From Rhizodiscina lignyota (taxonomy: Eukaryota): a stretch of 64,000 nucleotides of DNA. This document shows positions 1 to 13,128 of the stretch, piece after piece. The position numbers and the translations under genes were made by a program. Below the pieces are notes generated by a model. The model was not told where the DNA came from. It did not search any database and worked only from the letters and a program-made list of their open reading frames with translations. Within the stretch, counting starts at the first letter, position 1; every line of letters begins with the position of its first letter. The stretch is taken from positions 62,001-126,000 of the forward strand of contig ML978128.1 in assembly GCA_010015805.1 (NCBI GenBank), written 5' to 3'.

Positions 1-1619
1 GTATATGTCTAGATCGCATAAGCCCCAGATTGGTCCTCAAGGTTGCTTGCAAGTGCACTTACCTCGATCGTTGCTTCGCCATCTGGCGATAGCTCTATTT
101 CTGGAGCTGTCACGTCCTCCACATGCGCTGGCAAAGGATTCTTGTCTGGATATGGCCCGTTCCTGCGAGGACTGGATGAGAGACAGATGATATGCTGGTA
201 GGTGATGACGCCTCCATTCGCTAGCACAAGACCATTGCGACCTGCTCCCTTCCGAAGCTGGCGTACCATCTCTGTGAGAGACTGCATATCACTTAGTTCG
301 AGATTGCGGCTTGTTGTATGTATGGAACTTACGTGCATGGAGTAGTTATTTCCTGCGCCTCCGAACGATGTCAAACCACCAAGTAATGTAATCGGCTTCT
401 GTGGATCAGTGATAGATAGCCCGAGATGGTTGCAAGCCAGCTTCGGAACGATCGGAAAGCACCTGTATATGCAATGAGCCTGTATTCTGTAGGTAAACGT
501 ATCGCGCTACGAACGAATAAAAATCGTGCAAGTCGATTTCGTCTTTTGTCAATCCAGACACGTCGAGGGCAGCATCTATTGATCTCGAAATGCATGGGGC
601 ACTGTAGTAGTTCGGGCGCTCCCAGACTACATCCCTGATTAGCTCTCACATCCGGAACGAGGAAGTGCAAGCGGAATAGCTAACAGTTGGCTGAATCACT
701 TGTACCGGCACCTCCCAGGGGATATATCCATTTCGATTCAGGAATACCAATCTGCCTGGCGTGCTCCGTCGATGTTAACAGACATGCGCCCGCGATATTT
801 ACCGTGTTGAAAGCGTTCATTAAAAGAGGATCTGCTACCATGTCAGCTACCAATGCCATTCACATGGGCCCAACTGCACTCACAGGGGAAGCAAATCATT
901 CTGTTCCTCTTTGTCACCTTGCTGATTGACTCTGCGGTTTCCGTAGGCTGACCATAGCTCCATGCATAAGGATTCTTCTCAGCCACTTTAGCAAAATCAC
1001 CGTAGAGCTTCCCCGATTCGCAATCGTTCTCCTGAATTGACTGTCCTCGATGTGCTCGGAATCCATTCTCGTAGAGAGGGTACACATGTATTGGCGCACC
1101 AATCGAATGTATCGCGCCCAGATTGGTGCCCAAGTCGCGAGCGGTGGGAGAGAAGACTCCTTTAACGTCCTCTTCCAACCTTGTCCACCCAGGCGGCGGC
1201 AGCTTCCCTGCCTTAGCGCATGCCGTCAAACTAGCAAGAGCTTCTCCGCCTATGAGTAAGGCGACCTTGCACTCCCCCTGAGCAACCCTTCTTGCAGCTT
1301 CGTCGAACAACTTCCCAGGTTGACTGCCGGCATGAGCACTTAATGACTTGTGCTTGATTGTTGAGTCCACCAAGAGCTTCTCTGCCAGTAGCCCTGGGAG
1401 GTCAGGATATGGCCAGGTCCATGATCGGACGACATCGATGCTGTCGATGGCCGCACGAAGCCGCTTTTGCTCTGAAACTTTGAGGCCGGTGTCACGGATC
1501 GCCAAGTTGATGGCCCGAAGCATCAAAGTCAGGGGTTCGATGGCATCTTCAACTTTGGTCGAGCGGTTTTTGAAGTCTCCTACTCCGACTACGATCGGTG
1601 TGGCTCTTTTGCCGGACAT
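1..1619 (-). CDS. Thiolase-like protein (acetyl-CoA acetyltransferase fold), multi-exon, 3' end beyond the window edge
   Basis: ORF 1619-884 (PIVVGVG..AIEPL..GSQPGKLFDEAARRV..ALLIGGEA..RMICFP). Intron 883-832 (GTGAGT..CAG) gives YPLLMNAFNTVNIAGACLLTS. Later exons carry TSFGGAGNNYSMH and GLVLANGG. Confidence 0.85.
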
Positions 1620-2174
1620 TTTGTAGAGGTACTTTTGTGAATGTCAATGAGGGGGTTTGCATGTCACGATAAGTGTTTTGAATAGAGGCTTGGGTATGGA
1701 TGGATGAATACCACCGGAGACAAACTGAAAAAGTGAAAGGAACAGAAAAGAGCTTCTCAGTCTTTTCATGAAATGCGTTCAGTCATCATGCTTTTCGGAG
1801 TGATGTCGAGTGGAGGCAGCCGCTCAGATATGAGCTTCAACGCGCATTTGCCGAGGCAATCTTGCAACCCCTTTGCACGTCCGCCTTACCATCAGGCGAC
1901 GATGGGAATCGGGAAGGATACAGGAATCAGGCGTTTATTAAGTACACATCTCAGCTTGTTGACGAAGATGTAGGAGAGTGGAGTATATCTTTAAACACGT
2001 GTCGTCGTCCAGGTTGTTGTCGCCGAGCGCCGCCCCCGCGGCTTCCGACTCAACAATTTCTATCCTCTCAAAGTTGCCTACTTCCCAATATTTGCTCGTA
2101 GCATCAGTCCTCAGCAAGTTCAACCATGTCAGTATTATCTCACCTCGTCTCCTATAATATCTAAAGTCTTTCCG

Positions 2175-3107
2175 ATGGATGCGATTTCTCAGGCGGCAGA
2201 CAAAGCCGTACAGGTCGAAAAGAAAGTTCAGCAACGGCTCACCGTGCTTTGGCATGAGGTCGAATCATGGCAACAAGACAATCAATTCATCATCAGCGGA
2301 TATCGGCCAACGTCGAATTCTTACGCCAAGTCCGCTGCTAGCTTAGGTTACTTGCACAACCAGTCCGTCAACATCTATTCACACCTCATCGGAGCCGTCG
2401 TCGCCATTGCCGCAGGCTTCGTCCTGTATCAAACGATGGAAGCACGATACGAATCAGCCACTACACAAGACTTACTCGTTTTTGCATGCTTCTTCCTTGG
2501 AGCAGCTGCATGCCTGGGAATGTCTGCAACGTACCATACACTCGCCAACCACTCTCAGTCGGTCAGTCGGTTCAGCAACCAGCTTGATTATCTGGGCATC
2601 GTATTCTTGATTTGGGGCAGCTTCATACCAAGTATCTACTACGGCTTCCAAGAGCGGCCCCAGCTCATCCGCACATATTGGACGATGATCACAACAATTT
2701 CTGCAGGCTGTGCAGCGGTCTCAGTCGCTCCGTTCTTCGCTGGTGCTAAATGGCGCCCCTTTCGAGCCGCCATGTTCGTTGCCATGGGGTTATCGGCTGT
2801 ATTCCCGGTGTTCCACGGCTTGGGCGCCTATGGCATCGAGAAGATGGACAGGTTGATTGGGTTGAAGTGGCTTGTGACTCAAGGCGCGTTATACATCCTC
2901 GGGGCCGGCCTGTACGCTGCGCGTGTGCCTGAACGATATCGACCAGGCACATTTGACATATGGGGAGCGTCTCATCAGATTTTTCATATGCTGGTTCTAC
3001 TTGCAGCCGCAGTGCACTTGGTTGGATTAGTGAAAGCGTTTGACTTTAGACATAGCAGAGTGGATTTGCCCTCTGCTTCTCCGATCGTCCCTATTTCTTG
3101 GTGGTGA
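2175..3107 (+). CDS. PAQR / haemolysin-III family 7TM protein (IZH / adiponectin-receptor-like)
   Basis: 310-aa single ORF with DNQFIISGYR, HNQSVNIYSH, SATYHT..NHS, LDYLGI and GASHQIFH motifs. Confidence 0.93.
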   Translation: MDAISQAADKAVQVEKKVQQRLTVLWHEVESWQQDNQFIISGYRPTSNSYAKSAASLGYLHNQSVNIYSHLIGAVVAIAAGFVLYQTMEARYESATTQDLLVFACFFLGAAACLGMSATYHTLANHSQSVSRFSNQLDYLGIVFLIWGSFIPSIYYGFQERPQLIRTYWTMITTISAGCAAVSVAPFFAGAKWRPFRAAMFVAMGLSAVFPVFHGLGAYGIEKMDRLIGLKWLVTQGALYILGAGLYAARVPERYRPGTFDIWGASHQIFHMLVLLAAAVHLVGLVKAFDFRHSRVDLPSASPIVPISWW

Positions 3108-4044
3108 CGTTTGAGAGTATCCTTAATAGCATAGACGGAACCTGTACGTAGTAGGACATGTAGAAGAAACCGAGCGAAGACGACGCAGAGGCGGAGTAAT
3201 AGACCAAAAAGACGCTTTTGTCCGTTCAGCCAGGGTGTCTCAGTTAGACTACTGGACCAAGAACGCGAACACGACACTTGAGAGTAGCCTTCTTGTTGCT
3301 TGCGTGTGGGCATTTGCCACGTCTGAGAAATTCGATGGAATGGAGCTTTAGAGAATGGAAACGAAGAAGAGTCTCACGACGATAGAAGGGCTATTCCGGT
3401 ATCGGCTAACGCGTGACAAAATTGTTGGGCCTGTTCCGAATTTTATCAAGCCCAATAACGTTCAATTTCCCGACCCATAACGATTGATAAATAAATTTAA
3501 ATTAAATAGAACTGTAATTTGCTTTCTATTTATTATAAATATTTAATTTAAAAATTAAAAATTAGCGTTGTGTGGACGCACCGACCTTTAGGCAACGGGT
3601 GCACGCACTGACCTTGAACGCAACTTTTTGGTCACCCATTTGCGCAGGCTCGCAGCCGTGTCAGTCAGTCACGTACGAAGTCGCGCTTTCTTTCTCCGCC
3701 TCTCCACCTCAACTTTGGCTTCGCACACAAACTGACCAAATCCACATGCGCTGCGCCAGCCGCCGACGCACCCCGCCTCTCCTATTTTCCAACCAGCCAG
3801 GCATTCACATGCTTGCGTCTGAGCACGCCGCTCTGCACCAACACCTTCTCAACCCGAGATCCTCCACCGCAAGTTTGCTCAGCTAGCTTGAGATATCCGT
3901 CGATATCGTCTGCAGCCCCGCGGAAACGTTCAGTCACAGACTACACTCCGAAACCATCGCTTTACTCACATTTCTGTCAACTGATATCAAACACTGCGGA
4001 CTCGAGACTGGCCGTTCAGTGGGTAGGCTACAGCTGCTGCAACA

Positions 4045-5986
4045 ATGCCGTGCTTTCACGGCCTCGCAGTTAGCATCCACACGCCTGACGGCCCACTGCC
4101 AGAATACTCGATCCAGAAGCAGTCGAGATTCCACCGTATCACGTCCTACATCCCTGTGCCACCCGCAAAAATCCCCGATGGCTCTACGACGAATAAGCCC
4201 GAGCAGTCGACATTCGCTATCTCCATCACTCTCTTAACACCTGGACTTAATGTCCCTTACTCGTCACCCAAAGCTACCCCCGAGGACCCATTACCGCGCC
4301 CAAAAGTCGTCGGTGGACTCCCTGGATATGGCGCCGAGCGAGGAAAGTATGGCCATGTCATTGGACCCTACGTCCCGCTCACACAGTCGCCGAATGAGAC
4401 AATAGCGGCATACATATACTTCGATGGAAGGGCAAAAGAAGAAGTAGCCACATTGTTACGCCGCGGAGAAGAGACGTGGGTAAATTCACGTTGGGTTAGC
4501 GTGCCAGAGTCCGAAGGCGGTGGTTTGGCGGAGCGCGAGTTTCTCTTCCGTGAAGTTGGACTGGAGCGGTGGCTGAATGGCTTGGATCTGGATGGCAAGG
4601 ACGTGGCGGAGAGAATTGAGAGAAGACGGCAACGACTGGAGAAGAAGAGGCGGAAAAAGAGAGAGAAGGAAGCCATGGAAACCGTGATGAGTGACGGTGA
4701 TGATGAGGATGGACTAAAGAGCAAGACACCTGAGCGCAATGGAGTGCTGCGATATGGCGAGGATAAGAACGCGCCCGTCGAGACTCTGTCTGGTGATGAG
4801 GGTCTATTCACTTCCGACTCGGATTCAGACGATGAGCCTCCCATGCCTGAAGCGGCCGGCCAGATCAAAGTCGCTCTATTCCGTGTGCTAGCGTCGGGCG
4901 AGATAAAGAGAGGAGAGTACTCTCCACAATTCAACGCGCACGACGACGACGAGGAGGCTGGAGAGAATGGCACATCTGGTGAAGGTGATGTGGACCATAC
5001 GACGAGCTTCGCGAAACCAAAGACTCTTGATCCCAAGTCCATTAGCACTCAGACTGTTACTGGCATTGATCCGCCGGATAAGCCTTACGCAGTCTTCACG
5101 TTCCTCTACCGCGGTGAAAGTAAGTATCTGTGAGCCATGAAGTTGGGATATTCTTTTACTAATACAAGCCCAGAGCAACTCCAGAAAATGGGCATTCTTC
5201 CGTCACCAGAAACTCCTGCAAAGACGCCAGCGAAGCGCCGATCTGTGCAAATAGACTTTGGTACGCTTAAGCCACTCAACACCACGACTGGCACCAAGAA
5301 TTTTGCGGGCTACCGCGACACGAGCGAGTCTTCCGGATCACGAAAGAAAAAATTACCCGGCGCGAAAGGTGACGACGACGTGGACAGTGACGTTGAGGAC
5401 GAGGATGAAAAGAAGGCGCAAGAAGCTGATGACGCTGAAGACAAGGAAGAGAAACCCAACTTGCTCTCACCAGAAGATGCTGCGCGATCAGGGGAGGTTG
5501 TAGAAGGCATAAGGAAGATGAAAGTAAGTTTGAATCTACCCATGAGCAAGTAGCACAGATCGATCTGATACTAGACAGCTGAAACGACAACACTCCGCGG
5601 AGCCATTGAACGAGCCGGCGCGCAAGCAGTCCACATCGAACAGTCCCATAACGACCGGTTCTCCTGCTTCCTCAACATTGCAAGATCAATCTCGTACCGA
5701 TATGGCAGCATCCTCTGCGCCAGCTTCCGCCTCTCTCAAACCGCCTGCAGCGGCGATTGGAATCGATGCATCACCGGATGCCGTGCTCGGAAGCCCGTTC
5801 AAGAAGCATCGTACGAGCTTACCGAATATCGAAGAGCCCATCCGCTCTGGATTGAGCACTGAGTTTTTGCGCGGTGCAAGAGCCGGCACAGGTCAGACAG
5901 AGGATGCCGACACAGCGAAAAAGATGGACCAGGCGGCTGCCGCATTTAGCAATTGGCCCACAGTAACCAAGGATGAAGAGTTATGA
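4045..5986 (+). CDS. Fungal hypothetical protein, 3 exons (4045-5119, 5174-5523, 5579-5986)
   Basis: Introns 5120-5173 and 5524-5578 (GTAAGT..CAG) join three ORFs in frame (YRGE|KQLQKMG, KMK|LKRQHS). Basic NLS-like and acidic tracts are present. Confidence 0.8.
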
Positions 5987-6676
5987 GACACCACAAGAGC
6001 AATATGGGCGAAGATTCTCCTTTCGTGATTAAAAAAATGACGGCTAAGATCCATTACTGAGGGCCGCCACATCATTTTATGTTGCTTTTTTGGAAGCACT
6101 TCCATTGCATATCCAAACGGGCTATGCATTTTCTACCCATCCAGCTGGAGTGGGTGCATTCAATCGGGTACTAGAGCAATCGGATCTGGTGGCAAAACGA
6201 GCAAGGCTGCTGTACAGCCATCTCTGGCGGGCACATTCGCTTTCTTTTCTCATGTACTTGACAGCATTAGCGAAGGCTGTTTTGGGAGTTTGATTCGTCC
6301 ATCATGACCACTGGCACGATAAATGGCACAGCTCCACCGCAAATGGTCTGTGGCCACTTGAGCACAACCACTTTTGGATGATGCATACTGTAGAAGACTT
6401 ACGAGTTAAACAAAAGTCGAATCCAAATGAACATTATCATTCTACTTTTTGAATTTATTCTGTTATTTTATGTGATTGTCTCACGCAAAGTTACCCCATC
6501 CCCATTCCTTGTCCTGCAGAGCCGCATAGCGCACTTGCAGCCGCAACCGCGTCATCTTACCTCGAGGTCGCAGTTCGTTGCCTTCTTCCATTGTCAACCC
6601 TTTCCAAGAACGCGACAATCGTGTTTCTTCTACGATATACCGTCAATTGCAGCATCCACCACTGGAACCCTTCAAA

Positions 6677-7364
6677 ATGTCAAATTTCGCACCATACCAA
6701 GACATCGACCCCTCCGCCGAGCGCGCCCTCTCGCCTCCGCCTCGAAACCGACCCACCTCACCACCGCTTGCTTCTCCTCGCGCCGCCTCTCCTCGCAACT
6801 CCTTTCAAGCATCTCGAAATGCCTCAAACAATATCGCCGGCGTCATATCGCCAAACCGGATAGCGTCGCCACCGCTCGGTAACTCCGGAGGGTTTGGAAG
6901 CAGAAGGGAGGAGATGGACCCGTTCGAGACGCGACTCGGCATTAGGATGGATTACGAAGCTTGTCTGGCATATCTGGCACTGCCGCCAGCGGGACCAGTT
7001 GTCCTGCTTGTATTTGAGCACAAGTCCGACTACGTGAGATATCACGCGTGGCAGAGTGCGTTGCTTTTCGCCTTCATATTCGTGCGTCCTTCTCTTGTTA
7101 GGTTGGAAGGATTAAAGGCTGACAGAGTCATAGGTTTTGCACATTCTCTTCTCTTGGACGGCGGTCATATCGTGGATGCTGTTTGCGGTAGACTTGTTAT
7201 TGATTGGGTGGTTGACATATAGGGCGTATAAAGATGGTGAGCTACTCCAGAACTCAAGCCCTTCGAGAGCTATGAAGCTGATTATCCTGCTAGCTGAGAC
7301 TCTTGACCGATATCACGTCCCCTTCTTTGGATCCCTAGCGAGTCAAATAGTGGACGACGAATGA
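6677..7364 (+). CDS. Small membrane protein, UPF0132-like, 3 exons (6677-7081, 7134-7236, 7294-7364)
   Basis: MSNFAPYQD start. EACLAYLALPPAGPVVLLVFEHKSDYVRYHAWQS and AYKDAETLDRYHVPFFG are read after removing introns 7082-7133 and 7237-7293. Confidence 0.8.
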
Positions 7365-7972
7365 GCTCGGGTTGGGAGGTGCTGTCGATGATTTACTTTT
7401 GGACTTATCAATGGACGACGATTTAGATACCCTTCTGCTTGCAAGACTTAGGTTGTATTACCGGTATCTCAAGCTCTACGTTTTGTCCTACTGCAGATAG
7501 CATATGGTGGTTTTGAGCTAGTCTTCTCGGTGACAGCATGGAGGCGTTTTCGCTATTTGACGGTATCATTATGGTCAGGTCTCCTGGGAGATCCTCGAAT
7601 CCTTCCCCGGTGCACATGTATCATCTAAACATTGAGAACACTGGAATTTTTAATTACTGTGACTTGTTAAATGTCTCACTTGGAACAAATGGGTAATTGA
7701 CCGAGCTCGTCCGGCAAGCCTTAGTATTCCCGTGGAAGCATACATTCTATGTGCATTTAATGGTTTTGTATTATGACTCTACATGGATTACGAGGCTCTT
7801 CCTATCCGTGGACTTTCTTGTAGCTTCTCATTCGAGTAAAGTAGGAAGCAGGTCAAAGCGTATGTGATCGCCCAGTGCTGTGGAGTCCATAAAGTCCATC
7901 GCCATCTTCGACCTCGGCGCTTATCTTTTCATCCCGAACAACATCCTTTCATCGACACGCATTCTAGCAGCA

Positions 7973-8848
7973 ATGTCCTACCACTTACGCTATCGAGGTT
8001 TACCTCGTGAACTACGCGACGTAATCTACGAATACCTCCTCTGCCCTCCTGCGGGTGTGGTCTTCGAAGAAGCGCAATGGTATACAGTTGAGCGCAGCAT
8101 AGTCTGCTCAAGCAAGATCCCGATCAACATATTCTTAGCGAATCGCGAGATGAACGAAGAAGCAACTGCCGCTTTATTCGCAAAGAACATCTTCCAGTTT
8201 CACCTGTCAGACGAAATCCTCATTTTGCGCTTTTTAAGGTCTCTGCCGCCTAAAGTACTGCGACGCATCCAGTACGTCGGCCTCCCAATTCCGAACTTGC
8301 GGAGTAGCACTCCCATTCTCCTCAACTTTATTATGCAAGAGATGTATATCTCATCTTTAGCGCTCAATATTGTGTCTTCCTGGACAAGCTCGAATGATTT
8401 TAGAATCTTTCCAATACCCATGCTCGCAGTGGAGATTCTCAGGGGAATGTTAATGTCGAATGGCACCATTCTACGGAAACTGCAACTCCGTAGCTCCTTC
8501 ATCCGGTTGTATCGCAAAGGCAAAGGCGAGCAAAGGGAGGTCTTTGTGGATGCATTGGTAAAACACTCACTGCAAGTTACGGAGCTGTTATCAAAGCAAA
8601 GCCTGCCTTCCGCCAGCGACTGCCGAATTCCGTTCGTCGGAAGGACTCCTGGCTCTGTAACTAGCGATGTTGAAATCGTTGACGGACCTTGGGAGCCTCT
8701 CCTCGCCATCACGTTCAGACGATATCCACATAACGCAGCATCTCCAGGAACGTCGACAGAGATGATGCGAGCTGATGTCATGTCAAAACTTGACACCTAC
8801 TGGAAGTCCATCTCGCAGCGGGATGCAGGCTCTGGACCCGGGGACTGA
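7973..8848 (+). CDS. Hypothetical protein with an N-terminal F-box-like LPRELRDVIYEYLL motif
   Basis: Long ORF. LPxElRxxIY followed by IFLANREMNEEA..LFAKNIFQF is typical of expanded lineage-specific fungal families. Confidence 0.65.
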   Translation: MSYHLRYRGLPRELRDVIYEYLLCPPAGVVFEEAQWYTVERSIVCSSKIPINIFLANREMNEEATAALFAKNIFQFHLSDEILILRFLRSLPPKVLRRIQYVGLPIPNLRSSTPILLNFIMQEMYISSLALNIVSSWTSSNDFRIFPIPMLAVEILRGMLMSNGTILRKLQLRSSFIRLYRKGKGEQREVFVDALVKHSLQVTELLSKQSLPSASDCRIPFVGRTPGSVTSDVEIVDGPWEPLLAITFRRYPHNAASPGTSTEMMRADVMSKLDTYWKSISQRDAGSGPGD

Positions 8849-9556
8849 AGAACTCGGGTCTGCGAAGAAGCCATTCAACGACAACGGAAGGCGGGTAGGC
8901 AAATATGGAAGGCCTGAAATGGATATGGCCGCCTTGAAGGGACTCATCTGTACAGGCGAATGATGACCAACGACGGGTAGAAGAATTTGACTACGGATTA
9001 CGGCTAGTTTTCGCACAATTCTGTTGGAAATGAGCGAAGCGGACCTTTCAGACTGGCAGATGGGAATACTCTATGCCTCTGAGGATCATGAAGGGGGCGG
9101 AAAGCGGATAATTATGCAATGTATTCACCGCTCTTGGCAACAATCGCTTCGAGTAACGAGCCTGGATTCGCTTGACGTAGTGTTGAGTTCGTTTTAAAGG
9201 TACTACCTGTGCCTGCTTAAAACATCCGTATCTGGCGACGAGTCCGGCTCTAATGCCGATCCTGGTTGGTGGCCGTTGCATCCTGGTCTCGAAATGGGAG
9301 CGCGACCCCGGTAGTGGCTCGTTCAGTCGGACGAAAATCAACCCTCATACATAGCCCTACAGAATCCCTTGTCCTTGCCCATGATGATTGCGGCTTCGCC
9401 CTTTCCGGACTGCAAAGCACAAGGCACCGATATGGCATCGCGTACCTCGTCGCGAAAGCGAGGAGTGGCTGTACCTCTCCGGCAAAAATTATATTGATGG
9501 GCTGATTCAAGACCTCCAGCGAAGGAAGCATCCATTTTTCTTTAACGGTTTTAAAC

Positions 9557-11324
9557 ATGACGCAATTATTCAAATGCGACACGTGCAGGGCACGCAAAGT
9601 AAAGGTATATTACTCAGTCATCCCTAATATATGCGTAGAAACACTAATAATGCCTACAAGTGTGATGAAGCGCGTCCACAATGTGGTGAATGCAGAAAAA
9701 GAGCGAGAACGTGCACGTATCGGACAAGAGACCCTTCGGTATTGGTACTCGATCGAACATCCGCAACTAAGACGCGAAGTTCCACTCCAAGAGCTGGTGC
9801 TTCCGCGCGCGTGAGCCCTCCCCAAGAGACCTCCATACCCCTGCGATTCCGGAATTTACGTCCCACAGAGGAAGGAGATGGCGTCTTCCAAGTCTTCGCT
9901 CCAGACCGTTGGAGTGTGAGAGCATCAAAGAATGGAAAGACTCGAGAAGAGCCGTCGATTGATGCCCGTGAACGCAACCTCTGCCCGGCCCCGACTCGAT
10001 CGCTTTCAAGCCCGGAGAACAGGCTTTTGTCACGCTGGGCAGCTGTGATGGGCTCAAATCCTGCATACTCCCATCCTCTGCAAGCCTTCGGTCATTGGAT
10101 GGCTCTAGTCCCGGCACGAATTGGAACAGATGTCACTCTGGACCTCGCAGTGCAATATCTTATTGATAGCAGCGAAGCGTATCGCCTCACACGTCAAATC
10201 AATGGGAATCCGGCGCGCTCTACTGGTGAGAAAGCACTAAAGAGTCTTCAATCTGCAATATCAAGCAACCGAACAGACCATAGCATTGCGCTGGCAATTA
10301 AAATGCATTTTGTTGCAGAAGTATGCATACGGCTTGCTTGTATCAGGCAGACTCTCTCTAACCTCTGCATGACAGGTATTCATGGGTCTGGGAACTTATT
10401 ACTATGTGCTCCACGTAACCGGTATGGCTCGCATGCTGCAAAATCGCGTGTCCCATCGCTGCGAGGATAAGGTTGACTGCGTATTGATCGAGGCATCATA
10501 TTTCGAAGAGGTAAGCTCACGCTACTAAATATGTTCTATCAGGCCTACAGCCTAATGTGCGCCAGGCCACTGAATCCTTACTCAACGGCCGCGATTGCGT
10601 ATACGACAATGGGATATTGGCGAGAGCAATGCAGGACAGCTCCATCACAGCTACCGATTTTGATACTGTTTCGGTAATGCTTGCAGAGCAGTTCGTCAAA
10701 ATCCCCCGCCTAGCACGGCTAGTGCGAGAAAGTTCTGCTCGTCCAGATGACGTCGAGACTTTCTCCCAAGCTGTTGCGCTTGCAAACGAGCTTTATTTGG
10801 ATGATCTCGAGCCGCTGATGAACAAGGTCCTGAGCGACACAAGTATCGTCCCAACCTCTGCGTATAAGGTCGCCACATACTTCTCAGAGTCCTTCCACTT
10901 CTCATCCATCGACTTATATACGCTGGCAACACGCTATTACACCTACCGGACGCTGCTCTTTGGTCTCCTTCAGACGCTATATGGCAGTGGTAATCCCTCT
11001 GCTCATTTCTACATCGACAAAATTGAGGGGCAAGATATCCAGGCTGCTACTGCCCTTGCGATGTGTGTTGACTACGCCATGAATGTAGACCTATCATTCC
11101 CTCTGGCTTCACTTCGGGTTGTGGCGCCGATTCAGATGGCCTTTGGCACATGGCTTCGACTTGAGAAGAGAGCACGCAACGCTGCTGATGCCCAACGCGG
11201 CCGTCAGATGCAAGAATGGAGTTTAGAGCTTGCCAACGGTCTTCTGAGGGATTGGAAGGCCCCACCAGACCCTCTATGGATGATACGGGTGAAAAACGAG
11301 GCCTTCGCTGGGGTCCGATGGTGA
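9557..11324 (+). CDS. Zn(II)2Cys6 transcription factor, 4 exons (9557-9604, 9661-10320, 10376-10510, 10566-11324)
   Basis: CDTCRARKVK|CDEARPQCGECRKRARTC spans intron 9605-9660. Introns 10321-10375 and 10511-10565 keep the frame. Confidence 0.88.
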
Positions 11325-12340
11325 ATGGCGTAATGCGGGAGGTAGATTGGTCTCCTCTGCTTGACTTTGTTGCTAGTGGTCAAAGCCCCAGATGATCAGG
11401 TAAACTGTCTTAGAACCGCCAAATTACCGTAGTACTAGTCTAGCATTAATCGCCTTTTTACTCCTTACGCTTCGAATTAACGATAACGAGGGGCTATTCT
11501 CACCGCATCAAAAAGGCCCAACAATGATCAGAGTCATCATGACTAGCAGATCCGGAGATCGAACCCCGACAAGGATTGAATCTCGTTTCGACCGCTAGAG
11601 ATACCATTCTTGTTGCAATGACATTCATTCTTGTCCCATCCCTTTGGTAGTATCATGCCACTCTAGTCCCATTTGGGAAAATCTGCGACTGGTGCATATG
11701 CCAAGCTTCGGCGACTCCGCGAAAATCAACGGCCAGCATCATCCGGAGGTATCTCCAGAGCACAGCCATTGTCAAGCTGTAATTCGTACCGAGGAAAGCC
11801 GGATCATGATGTTTCAGCAATAATTAAGCTAGTAGGCGCCATCGGAATCGGAGTTGAAGATGGACCCATTGGGAAAAAGTGCGACAAGGCTGGCCAATCA
11901 GGAGCATCTAAAGAGAGTTCGTGAAAGGCCCCAGCACGATATAGGAGTTTAATTTTGAACATCAGTTACAAGCTGCAACATTTATTCCTTGAATGGTGCA
12001 GGGCCAACAATACTTATCTCGTATGCTCAGACCAAAAACGACACGCTGAAGTGCGCAGAATGTCCCGAGAGGGAAAAGGTCCTCCAGGTACAGCCTCTCC
12101 AGGGGTTCCCATCTCGTCATCAGCATTGAATGACGGCACAAGATATTTCCTCTGCATCGACATAAATACAGCTCTGCTTGCACTCGAAAATGGGGGCATC
12201 ACAACCGTTCTCAAGTCACTCTCATTCCTGCAAACAATCATCTGCAATCACTGCAATCAGTCGTTTCAAATCCGGTCAACACTACCCGATCATTAAACCC
12301 TCGGATTCAAACCATTTCAGCCAACATTCGAATCTTCACC

Positions 12341-12796
12341 ATGCACGCTTTCGCCGCCCTCTCCTTGTTGCCAACTCTTCTCTTCTCTGGCGTTGCATTC
12401 GCTGGCACGACAAGCTGTAGCGATGGAGTTTGTGCCATCGTAGGCTCCCAGGGTGTCTTCGTCAGTGGTTCGCCAACCGGTACCGCTGCTGCAGACGCCA
12501 AGAGCACGGTAGACGTCAGTGTCGGCAGCGATGGAGTTTCGGTCCCCGGTGCCACCGTCACGGGCGATATCGTTAACCCTACCGACATATGCAGCGGTGG
12601 TTTCAGTACGTTGACCGGCTCAAGCGGAATTGGTGTCGCCTGCAGCTCCACTGCTGGCACAACTGGAACTACGTCGGCACAAGGCTCGGGGTCTACTAGC
12701 AGCGTTGATCAGGTTTCCACAGACGGAGCTGTTGCGATGGTCGGATCGATGGGTATGCTTGGAGGTGGATTGTTGGCCGTGGCTGCTATGCTTTGA
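12341..12796 (+). CDS. Small secreted Ser/Thr/Gly-rich protein, probably GPI-anchored, 4 Cys
   Basis: Signal peptide MHAFAALSLLPTLLFSGVAFA and hydrophobic C-terminal tail GGGLLAVAAML. Confidence 0.8.
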   Translation: MHAFAALSLLPTLLFSGVAFAGTTSCSDGVCAIVGSQGVFVSGSPTGTAAADAKSTVDVSVGSDGVSVPGATVTGDIVNPTDICSGGFSTLTGSSGIGVACSSTAGTTGTTSAQGSGSTSSVDQVSTDGAVAMVGSMGMLGGGLLAVAAML

Positions 12797-13128
12797 TTTT
12801 GAGTGTGTTTTACATGCTTGGAATGCGCCTTGCTAGCTGTTATCGGAACGGAGTGAGGTGTGACATAGAGGAATAGAGATACAGGACTGACATTCTTTTG
12901 GAGGAACGAGGGGGAGCATAGCGGAGGCTTGATAATGGAGCGTTTATGCTTGACACAATTTGTTTCTTTATACTCGGTGTATCTTAAATTCAGGGAAGTG
13001 ACAGACGATTTATTGTACGGATTTGAATTTCAACCCGGCTTGCATTTATCAATCCAGTTCCTGATACTTTGTTGTTTGTCAAAATTGGAAGTTTGGCTTT
13101 GATGTAGCGGAACCAAGTACCAACGTAC

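Noticed and set aside
4368..5048. 226-aa antisense ORF (similar ones at 39130-39765, 46441-47034, 50772-51353, 51777-52361)
   Set aside because: These are shadows on the opposite strand of well-supported genes, with no independent motifs.
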